Origin: Betaproteobacteria bacterium
GTDB taxonomy: Bacteria > Bacillota > UBA5301 > DYFA01
DNA length: 64,000 nt
Reading direction: 5' to 3'
NCBI GenBank assembly: GCA_050260635.1
Contig: JBLNCL010000030.1
Span: forward strand, 72,590-136,589
The stretch's first letter is position 1. Each line of letters opens with the position of its first letter. The notes under the pieces were generated by a model that ran no database searches, was not told the DNA's origin, and saw only the letters and a program-made list of their open reading frames with translations. Made by a program: the position numbers and the translations under genes. This document shows, in pieces, positions 56,784-64,000 of this stretch.

Positions 56784-59700
56784 TCACCAAGCTGACTCGG
56801 CGCATTCCCAGCCGAAAAGCTCCGCCTGCTCCAAAACCGTTTGCGTAGCCTTCTCCTGCTTGTCGGGCGGATAGCCGTGCCGTCGGAGGATCCGTTTCAC
56901 GAGCACCCGGAGATTGGCGCGGACGTTCTCGCGCACCGTCCAGTCCGTGGTCACGTTGGTGCGCACGGCGGCCACAAGCTCGCGGGCAATGGCGCGCAGC
57001 GTCTCGTCGCCGAGAATCTTGACCGCGCTGTCGTTGGTCTCCAGTGCGTCATAGAACGCCAGTTCCTCCCCTGTAAGACCGAGCCGTTCACCCCGCCGGT
57101 CCGCCTCACGCATTTCCCGGGCGAGGTCGATAAGCGCTTCGAGCACCTGGGCGGCCTCGATGGTGCGGTTCTGGTAGCGTCGAATCGCCTGCTCCAACAG
57201 CTCGGCAAAGGAACGCGCCTGAACGAGGTTCTTCGTCCGGCGGCTGCGGATCTCCCCGGACAGCAGCTTGCGCAACAGCTCCACCGCCAAGTTCTTCTGC
57301 GGCATCCCGCGCACCTCAGCCAGGAACTCTTCAGAAAGAATGGAGAGGTCCGGTTTCTTCAGGCCCGCCGCGGCAAAGATGTCCACCACGCCCTCGGGAG
57401 CGACGGCGCGGGAGACGATCTGCCGTATGGCGTGATCCAGCTCCTCCTCACTCTTCTCTTCGCCCGGGGCGCGCTTGACCAGAGCTGCGCGCACTGCCTG
57501 GAAAAAGGCCACGTCGTCGCGGATGGCCAGCGCTTTCTCGTGTGGCACGGCCAAGGCGAAGGCCTGGGACAGGTCGCGCACGGCTTCCAGAAACCGGTCC
57601 CTGCCGCGTTCGCGTTCTTGAGCCAAGATGTGTTCCTGTGCCGACGGGAGAAGCGAAAGCCGCTCCCCGGGTGAACCCGTAACCCACTTTGACCAATCAA
57701 AGCCGTGGAAGAGGTCGCAGCAGATCTCGTACTTCTCCAGCATCACTGCCACGGCCTCTTCTTGGTCGATGGCGGTTCGGCCGCGGCCGCCGCTCTCGGT
57801 GTAGGTGGCCAGCGCCGCCTTGAGCTCATGGGCCAAGCCCAGATAGTCCACCACAAGCCCGCCCGGTTTGTCACGGAAGACTCTGTTCACGCGAGCGATG
57901 GCCTGCATGAGCCCGTGGCCGCGCATCGGCTTGTCCAGGTAGAGCGTGTGCAGGCTCGGACAATCGAAACCCGTGAGCCACATGTCACGGACGATGACCA
58001 TGCGGAAGGGGTCATTGGGATCGCGGAAGCGATTGGCCAGGAACTCGCGCCGCTCTTTGTTGCGGGCGTGCTGCGCCACGCGCGGGCCTTCAGCGGTGCT
58101 GCCCGTGATCACCACTTTGAGTACCCCTTGGTCGTCCTCCGGGTGGTACCAGTCCGGCCGGAGCCGCACGATCTCGTCGTGCAGATCCATGCAAATGCGC
58201 CGGCTCATGCAGACCACCATGGCCTTGCCGTCCAACGTCTCGAGCCGGCGCTCGAAGTGCTCTACGATGTCCCGGGCCAAGAGTTTCAAACGCTTTTCGG
58301 CGCCTACGATGGCCTCCAGTTGCGCCCACTTCGACTTGAGCCTCTCTTTGCGCTCGACCTCCTCGCCTTCGGTCACCTCTTCGAAGTCGGGGTCGATGCG
58401 CGGCCGCTCAGATTCGTCCAGCGCCAGCTTCGCCAAGCGGCTCTCATAGTAGATCGGGACGGTCGCGCAATCGTCCACCGCGCGCTGGATGTCGTAGATC
58501 GAGATGTAGTCCCCGAAGACCGCTCGCGTGTTGGCGTCGGTCGTTTCGATGGGCGTGCCGGTAAAACCGATGAAGGAGGCGTTGGGCAGGGCGTCACGCA
58601 GGTGTCGGGCGAAGCCGTCGATGAAGTCGTACTGGCTGCGGTGGGCCTCGTCGGCAATCACGACGATGTTGCGGCGCAGAGAAAGAGTCGGATGGCGATC
58701 GCCCTTGTCCTCGGGCAAGAACTTCTGGATGGTGGTGAAGACCACCCCACCCGCCTCCACCGAGAGCTTCCGGCGCAGGTCGGCCCGGCTTTCGGCCTGT
58801 GCCGGTGGCTGGCGCAGAAGGTCCTGGCAGCGGGAGAACGTGCCGAACAGCTGATCGTCGAGATCGTTCCGGTCGGTGAGAACCACGACCGTCGGGTTGC
58901 CTAGCGCCGGCTCGCGGATGATCCGGCCCGCATAGAAGACCATAGTCAAGCTCTTGCCCGAACCCTGGGTATGCCAGACCACGCCGATGCGGCGGTCCCC
59001 CGGTTGACCACCATGCTGCTTTCCGGCCTCGTAGCGCCCCCGCTCCTCGGCAGCCAACTCGGCGGCTCCCAGCGCTGCCGCCCGCAACGTCTCGGCCACC
59101 GCCACCCGCACCGCGTGGAACTGGTGGTAGCCGGCCATCTTCTTGACCAGCCACCCGCCTCCCAAGTCCTCGAAGACGATGAAGTAGCGGAGAAGGTCGA
59201 GGAAGCGACGCTTCTCGCAGACACCCTTCAACAGCACCTCGAGCTGGGTTACGCCGATGTCTTCGACCTGTTCACCGGAGATGGTGCGCCAGGGCTTGAA
59301 CCATTCCCGCCCGGCCGTGAGCGTGCCCACCCGGGCTTCCATCCCATCTGAGATTACAAGGAGTTCGTTGAAAGCGAAGAGACTCGGCAGCTCGGCCCGG
59401 TAGGTCTCAAGCTGCCCAAGGGCTGACCAGATCGTGGCTTTCTCCTCGGCCGCGTTCTTGAACTCGATGAGGACCAGCGGCAGGCCGTTCACGAACAGCA
59501 CGACATCCAGGCGACGCAAGTGCTTGTTCTCTCTGACCCAGAACTGGTTGACTGCCAGCCAGTCGTTGTTCTCTGGTTCGTCAAAGTCGACCACCCTCGC
59601 CTGCGCCCCGGCAAGGGATCCGTCCGGCCGGCGGTATTCCACAGTGACCCCGTCCACGAGCATGCGGTGGAAAGCCCGGTTACGGGCCTCCAGGCTTGCT

Positions 59701-59939
59701 CCTTCAGGGTCGGTGACACGGCGGAAGGCCTCGGCCAGCGCCTCTGCGGGCAGGTCCGGGTTCAGCCGGGCGAGGGCATCGCGCAGGCGGCGCTCCAATA
59801 CCACCTGGCCATAGTCCCGCCGCTCGGCACCCGGTGCATCCGGCGCAATGTCCGGGCCGTGCTTGACCGCCCAGCCGAGGGATTCAAGCCAGTCCAGGGC
59901 AGCAGACTCCACCGTAGATTCGCTCAGCGACCTTGACAT
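56784..59939 (-). CDS. hsdR: Type I restriction enzyme R subunit (HsdR)
   Basis: N-terminal nuclease region, SF2 motor motifs ([10 protein letters not shown] Walker A, DEAH-like [10 protein letters not shown], helicase C) and C-terminal helical domain; 1051 aa. Confidence 0.9.
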   Translation of the reverse strand: MSRSLSESTVESAALDWLESLGWAVKHGPDIAPDAPGAERRDYGQVVLERRLRDALARLNPDLPAEALAEAFRRVTDPEGASLEARNRAFHRMLVDGVTVEYRRPDGSLAGAQARVVDFDEPENNDWLAVNQFWVRENKHLRRLDVVLFVNGLPLVLIEFKNAAEEKATIWSALGQLETYRAELPSLFAFNELLVISDGMEARVGTLTAGREWFKPWRTISGEQVEDIGVTQLEVLLKGVCEKRRFLDLLRYFIVFEDLGGGWLVKKMAGYHQFHAVRVAVAETLRAAALGAAELAAEERGRYEAGKQHGGQPGDRRIGVVWHTQGSGKSLTMVFYAGRIIREPALGNPTVVVLTDRNDLDDQLFGTFSRCQDLLRQPPAQAESRADLRRKLSVEAGGVVFTTIQKFLPEDKGDRHPTLSLRRNIVVIADEAHRSQYDFIDGFARHLRDALPNASFIGFTGTPIETTDANTRAVFGDYISIYDIQRAVDDCATVPIYYESRLAKLALDESERPRIDPDFEEVTEGEEVERKERLKSKWAQLEAIVGAEKRLKLLARDIVEHFERRLETLDGKAMVVCMSRRICMDLHDEIVRLRPDWYHPEDDQGVLKVVITGSTAEGPRVAQHARNKERREFLANRFRDPNDPFRMVIVRDMWLTGFDCPSLHTLYLDKPMRGHGLMQAIARVNRVFRDKPGGLVVDYLGLAHELKAALATYTESGGRGRTAIDQEEAVAVMLEKYEICCDLFHGFDWSKWVTGSPGERLSLLPSAQEHILAQERERGRDRFLEAVRDLSQAFALAVPHEKALAIRDDVAFFQAVRAALVKRAPGEEKSEEELDHAIRQIVSRAVAPEGVVDIFAAAGLKKPDLSILSEEFLAEVRGMPQKNLAVELLRKLLSGEIRSRRTKNLVQARSFAELLEQAIRRYQNRTIEAAQVLEALIDLAREMREADRRGERLGLTGEELAFYDALETNDSAVKILGDETLRAIARELVAAVRTNVTTDWTVRENVRANLRVLVKRILRRHGYPPDKQEKATQTVLEQAELFGWECAESAW

Positions 59940-60131
59940 TTGCGCACTCTCCTGATATCCTCATAGTCGTAGGCTGGTCACTGCGTAGCGGGGGCTGGCC
60001 TCTTCTATTTCGGTAGGACCACGAGCCCGAATCCCTCGATTTCGCCAGCCTTGCTCCGCCGGAACTTTCGCTCCACGATCCGCCAGTCTGCCGTAAATGG
60101 GACGACTTCAGCAGAGTTGGGGCGCATGGCT

Positions 60132-61052
60132 CTATTTTGGTCTTGTTGAGTTCGCCTGCACGCTTCCCTTTTGCGGAGCTTTATCCAACTCGTGTTGCGG
60201 TTCGTACATCCAAAAGTTTATGGGGTTTCTGGGATCGGGAGTCCAGAGCCCACGCTTTTCTATCAGACTCACGCCGAGTCTGAGAGTCTTGCATAATCCA
60301 TCGAACTTGCAGAGAACTTCGAAGCGTTCGAGAGAGCTGCGAGATGGGCTAACCTCGTTCTGCTCGCCTTCGAACAAGCTCTGTTGATTCGCCCTTTGCC
60401 CCAGCCATTTTTGATACTCGACAAAACTGTCTCGCGAGAAAACGGCGAGCCCAGCGAACAGGTCAGCCAACTGCGCTAGCGGATGTTCGTGTGACAAGAC
60501 GGGCCGGACTTCCTCCAGCGCGAACTCTTGCCGCAGCCTGCGTCGAAATCCCCCTTCAGTGAACAGTGAATGCTCAGTCTCAAGCTCCACACTAGCGCTG
60601 CTCAGGCAATCCTGCACCGTGTCCCAATTCATGGCCGTCTGTTCATCTGGATGCAATCGCCATCTTGAGCCGTCCGGCCAGCGAACGCGAAGCACATTAC
60701 GGAACAGGTGATAGTGCATCCGTTGAAGGTTTGCTATGTCGTCTCTCTTACGAATCTTGTGACGGCTATCTTCGATGTCCCAAATCAGTACGTCCACGCG
60801 AATCTGCTTGGCGCATGCCTTGTCAACGGCAAACTTGCACATCTTTTCTGCCGCAAACCGTTCCTTGGCACCTCGCAGTTCCTTCCACTTAAACTCGCTC
60901 AATCCAGACTCCTGGAGGATGCTTCGAAGGTTGGCTTCGAGCTCATCGATAAAATCAACAGGTGCGGTGACAAGCCCAAGGCTCCGAAAGCGCCCAACGT
61001 TCCAATTCGACTCGTCGCTAAACCCAACATGAGTCACTCCACCGTCGCTCAT
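60132..61052 (-). CDS. DUF3800-like protein embedded in type I R-M operon (ATG overlaps hsdS stop as ATGA)
   Basis: N-terminal ...HVGFSDESNW... (the 'DES' motif characteristic of DUF3800). Start at MSDGGVTHV after a GGAGGAACGGGGG RBS. Lower GC than hsdR. Confidence 0.45.
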   Translation of the reverse strand: MSDGGVTHVGFSDESNWNVGRFRSLGLVTAPVDFIDELEANLRSILQESGLSEFKWKELRGAKERFAAEKMCKFAVDKACAKQIRVDVLIWDIEDSRHKIRKRDDIANLQRMHYHLFRNVLRVRWPDGSRWRLHPDEQTAMNWDTVQDCLSSASVELETEHSLFTEGGFRRRLRQEFALEEVRPVLSHEHPLAQLADLFAGLAVFSRDSFVEYQKWLGQRANQQSLFEGEQNEVSPSRSSLERFEVLCKFDGLCKTLRLGVSLIEKRGLWTPDPRNPINFWMYEPQHELDKAPQKGSVQANSTRPK

Positions 61053-62407
61053 AGCCCCCGTTCCTCCAAAAACTTCTCCGCATCTTTCACCCTTGTCTCG
61101 CCAGAGACGAGCTTGGGCAGCAGCGTATCGCGGGAGGCAGCAAGGGTACGGGATTCGGTCCGTAGAGCTAGCAGTTGCTTGACAAGCGGCGAGATTAGGC
61201 AGTCCGCTGCGGTCAGTGCAGGCGCGCCCGGAACCACGACCTTTGCATCTGTTAGGTGATGGCGTTGGATGTGGCCCATAGTAGTTGCTTTGTCCGCAGC
61301 GATGCTCCGGAATCCTAGCAAATGCTCGTGGATCCAAAAGTAGTAGAACCACTTTGGATAGTTTCGCGACGTCACCTTGAATAAGTGTTGATTCAGAGCG
61401 CCTGTTCCTCCCGCCCACAGAACACATTCGAGGGAACCTGACCAGGAGAAAAGCACATCTCCATCGGTCACAACATAGTCCACCGGCACCTCCGTGTTGC
61501 ACCGATCAGCCCCCTCGGTATCTCCTTTCCGAAGCTGGGCAATCTTAATGATTGGCAAAGTCGGACCGTTTCCAGGGGGGTATTTCTGAAGAGCCAGCCC
61601 ATTCAGAAAATCGGCGACCTCGTTCAGCGATTTCACCTCCCACCCTTCCGGAATCTCCCCCAGCTCCGACTCAACTAGGCGGTCTGGGAACAGGTCGTAA
61701 AGATCGGATGGCAGGCCCACCAAGCACTCACCGCGGCGCCAGCGACCCTCCATCTTGGCGCGCACGGGTTCGTAGTCGACGAACCACGACTTGAACAGCG
61801 CCCGCGCCATAGCCTCCAACGTCTCGTTCATTCGGCGATTCAGTTCGATCTTGGCATCCAGCGTCCCGAGGATGTGAGCGATGGCCCGCTGCTCAGGCAA
61901 CGAAGGAACCGGAAATGCGATTCTGGTTACAAAGTCCCATTTCGCACGTGGCATCTTCGTACCTTCGGAGCCGCGGGTGGCCGCTTCGATGAACTCAGGT
62001 GATGCCATCAGATAGTGAAGGTAACCTGCATCCACAGACTCTTTCGGTCGTACAACCCAGATGTCTGTTGAACATACGCCGTCAAAGGGTGCGCGTATAA
62101 CCTTGCGGAAGTACGGCCTCAGCTTTCCGAAAAGAATGTCCCCACGGCGGAACCGCAACTTTACGCTGGAAACGTCTTCAGACTGGCCGCAGCCAACAAG
62201 TGATAGAGTGCCTTCACCGATGTGCTCAAGGCCGATATACGGAGCGCCAGCCACCGAGCCAGGCAGCACGGTATCGTATACCAGCTCGGCACATTCTCCG
62301 AACGTTCTAGATACCCAGTCACCGGCCATACTGAAGTTCCTCCAATGGCTTGCAAGACATTTCATCCAACCGCATGGCGCTCGACCGTTGGAGCATCGCG
62401 ACTGCAT
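61049..62407 (-). CDS. hsdS: Type I restriction-modification specificity subunit (HsdS), two target-recognition domains
   Basis: Duplicated TRD architecture with conserved spacer repeats (...LPEQRAIAHILGTLDAKIELNRRMNETLEAMARALFKSWF... and ...LVKQLLALRTESRTLAASRDTLLPKLVSGE). Confidence 0.8.
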   Translation of the reverse strand: MQSRCSNGRAPCGWMKCLASHWRNFSMAGDWVSRTFGECAELVYDTVLPGSVAGAPYIGLEHIGEGTLSLVGCGQSEDVSSVKLRFRRGDILFGKLRPYFRKVIRAPFDGVCSTDIWVVRPKESVDAGYLHYLMASPEFIEAATRGSEGTKMPRAKWDFVTRIAFPVPSLPEQRAIAHILGTLDAKIELNRRMNETLEAMARALFKSWFVDYEPVRAKMEGRWRRGECLVGLPSDLYDLFPDRLVESELGEIPEGWEVKSLNEVADFLNGLALQKYPPGNGPTLPIIKIAQLRKGDTEGADRCNTEVPVDYVVTDGDVLFSWSGSLECVLWAGGTGALNQHLFKVTSRNYPKWFYYFWIHEHLLGFRSIAADKATTMGHIQRHHLTDAKVVVPGAPALTAADCLISPLVKQLLALRTESRTLAASRDTLLPKLVSGETRVKDAEKFLEERGL

Positions 62408-62442
62408 TACGCGCGGTAATACAATAACAGCGAGCGGTTATC

Positions 62443-64000
62443 TTATCCGCTCCGCGCATACCAGGCTCCTTTCTTGGTTCCGTGCCGGACGAGCTTGCCT
62501 TCCTGGGTCAGCCGCGTGAGCAGCCGGTAGGCTTGATCCGGAGAGAAGCAGCACAACTCCGCCGCCTCCCGGCGGGTGATGCGCCCGTGCTTCTCCACGT
62601 ACTGCAGCACCATCTGCTCCTGTTGCAGCGGCTCGAAGCCGCGCTGGCGCACGTAGGCAGCCTTGTCGCCAAGTCGCCGGTACGTTGCGGCGGAGAGGTG
62701 CCAAGCGCGGCCTTTCTTCTCCCCCCGGGCTTCCACTAGCCCCGCTTCCACCAAGCGGTTGAGCACCGCACGGGCTTCGTCGGCCGGTTTCTGGATTAGC
62801 CGGGCGGCCTCGTCGGTGGTGATTGCGCGTTCCTGCCAGAGGGCGTTGAGCACGAGCAACTCGTCCAACCGCAAGTTTCGCCCGGCCTGCGCCTCTTCTG
62901 CCACCAGGCGCACGAAGTCCAAGTTGGCCTGGCCGCCGGGAAGCACCAGAACGACCCCCGTCGCGTCGCTCCGCGCGTAGGAAGGGGCAGGGCGGCCGTT
63001 GCGCAACTGCTCGTAGAAGATGGTGTCGATCCCGCGGGCGGTGCGCTCGACGATGCCAGCGCGCTTGAAGGCGTCGGCAAGCAACGGGTTGCGCGGCCGC
63101 GGCGCGGTGACCAGTAGGTTGTCCAGGCGCACTCCTTCAGGAAAGCCGCCTGGATTGGAAATCTCGAGGCGGTTGTCGTGCCACTGGATGTGGACCGCCC
63201 CGAGTCGGGTGTAGTCCCGATGGATCAAGGCGTTAGCCACGCCCTCGCGGAAGGCGGCCGGTGGGTAGTCAGGCACGCCGATGCGCAGCATGCCTACAAG
63301 CATCTCGTGCTCCCGGTTACGGGCCCGGAAACGAGCCTCGATCTCCTCCATCACGCGCAAGAGAGGCCAGCGGAAGAAGTCGTTGACCTCCACCGCCTGG
63401 CCACGCAAGACCTGGAAGGCAACTTCGTGCGCCGGCAGGAGCCAGCGCAGCGCCTCCTCCCTGCCGAAGAGCAGGAGCCCGAGCACCCGCACGGCTGTCA
63501 CGTGGCCGTTGGCCTCGACGGCACCCAGGGCCTTGGCTAGCTCAAGGTCGGACAGATCCAGCAGAGTCTCGTCACTACGCCCGCGCCGTTCGCGGATGCT
63601 GCGGCGCAACCGCTCGAATTCGCGCGGGTCAAGGTCTTCCCAGCGCGCTTCCGGGACGACCAAGGTGGAATAGTCGAGGGCGCCGCGATCGGCCTGGTGG
63701 GCCTGCATTTCATGAAAATGCATGGGCACGCACGCCGGCCGTCCGTCGCCGCCAACGATGCGGCGCAGGTAGCGCCCGTCGGCTGTCCCGACCGGGGTGC
63801 GGCTGGGCGGCACTTCGATGGCCAGCACCTGCTTGCCCTCGATCGGAACGAGGTACACGCACACAGTCAGCGATGGGCGCGTGCGGCTGGAAATCATGGC
63901 CGTCAGCCGGGCCGGGTCGGTGTGCCCGCCTTCGTGGCGGGGGCGCACCCCCGTTATGCGGCCGCCGTCCTCGACGCCGATCAACAGCCAAGCCGGCTCA
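62443..64000 (-). CDS. Schlafen/AlbA_2 + HATPase_c_4-type putative DNA-binding regulator ('RecG-like' R-M associated protein), N-terminus beyond window
   Basis: IGVEDGGRITGV (AlbA_2/Schlafen core) at the N-terminal end, central GHKL-like segment (ANALIHRDY), C-terminal winged-helix regions. The reading frame continues to the window edge. Confidence 0.55.
   Translation of the reverse strand, partial: EPAWLLIGVEDGGRITGVRPRHEGGHTDPARLTAMISSRTRPSLTVCVYLVPIEGKQVLAIEVPPSRTPVGTADGRYLRRIVGGDGRPACVPMHFHEMQAHQADRGALDYSTLVVPEARWEDLDPREFERLRRSIRERRGRSDETLLDLSDLELAKALGAVEANGHVTAVRVLGLLLFGREEALRWLLPAHEVAFQVLRGQAVEVNDFFRWPLLRVMEEIEARFRARNREHEMLVGMLRIGVPDYPPAAFREGVANALIHRDYTRLGAVHIQWHDNRLEISNPGGFPEGVRLDNLLVTAPRPRNPLLADAFKRAGIVERTARGIDTIFYEQLRNGRPAPSYARSDATGVVLVLPGGQANLDFVRLVAEEAQAGRNLRLDELLVLNALWQERAITTDEAARLIQKPADEARAVLNRLVEAGLVEARGEKKGRAWHLSAATYRRLGDKAAYVRQRGFEPLQQEQMVLQYVEKHGRITRREAAELCCFSPDQAYRLLTRLTQEGKLVRHGTKKGAWYARSG

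Overview
This is a high-GC (~65-70%) chromosomal segment with Firmicutes/Clostridia-type synteny. I read it as a thermophilic Gram-positive genome (Symbiobacterium/Thermaerobacter/Limnochordia-like), but that placement is inference. Two blocks are recognisable housekeeping clusters: polA-mutM-ytaF-coaE-mgsA and dnaE ... accD-accA-pfkA-pyk-ald. Two lower-GC insertions interrupt them. The first is a ~14.8 kb genomic island (~14603-29448) at tRNA-Leu(CAA). It is bounded by a 56-nt direct repeat of the tRNA 5' half and carries a tyrosine integrase, a second small tyrosine recombinase, a P-loop replication-like gene, and IS256-family sequences (one full but disrupted copy, one truncated copy). Between the IS256 copies sits a compact four-gene operon: C5 cytosine methyltransferase, GHKL (MORC/MutL-like) ATPase, Z1 (SF2-like) ATPase and PD-(D/E)XK nuclease. 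I interpret this as an ATP-dependent restriction/defence system of a predicted but experimentally undescribed class; it is the most interesting system in the window. The second insertion is a type I R-M locus (hsdR, hsdS, a DUF3800 gene translationally coupled to hsdS, a Schlafen/AlbA_2-like ATPase; hsdM is off-window) directly downstream of tRNA-Glu(CUC). Other notable content: an ~8.7 kb cyclic beta-1,2-glucan synthase gene next to a divergent CBM-like gene; a c-di-GMP module (GGDEF-HD-GYP / amidohydrolase / sensor-HD-GYP); a membrane-anchored triheme cytochrome c; SLH and L,D-transpeptidase cell-wall genes. No rRNA or CRISPR was seen. The six-frame track contains many long spurious antisense ORFs, as expected at this GC. 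Coordinates I derived by hand (tRNAs, repeats, promoters, start-codon adjustments) may be off by 1-2 nt.
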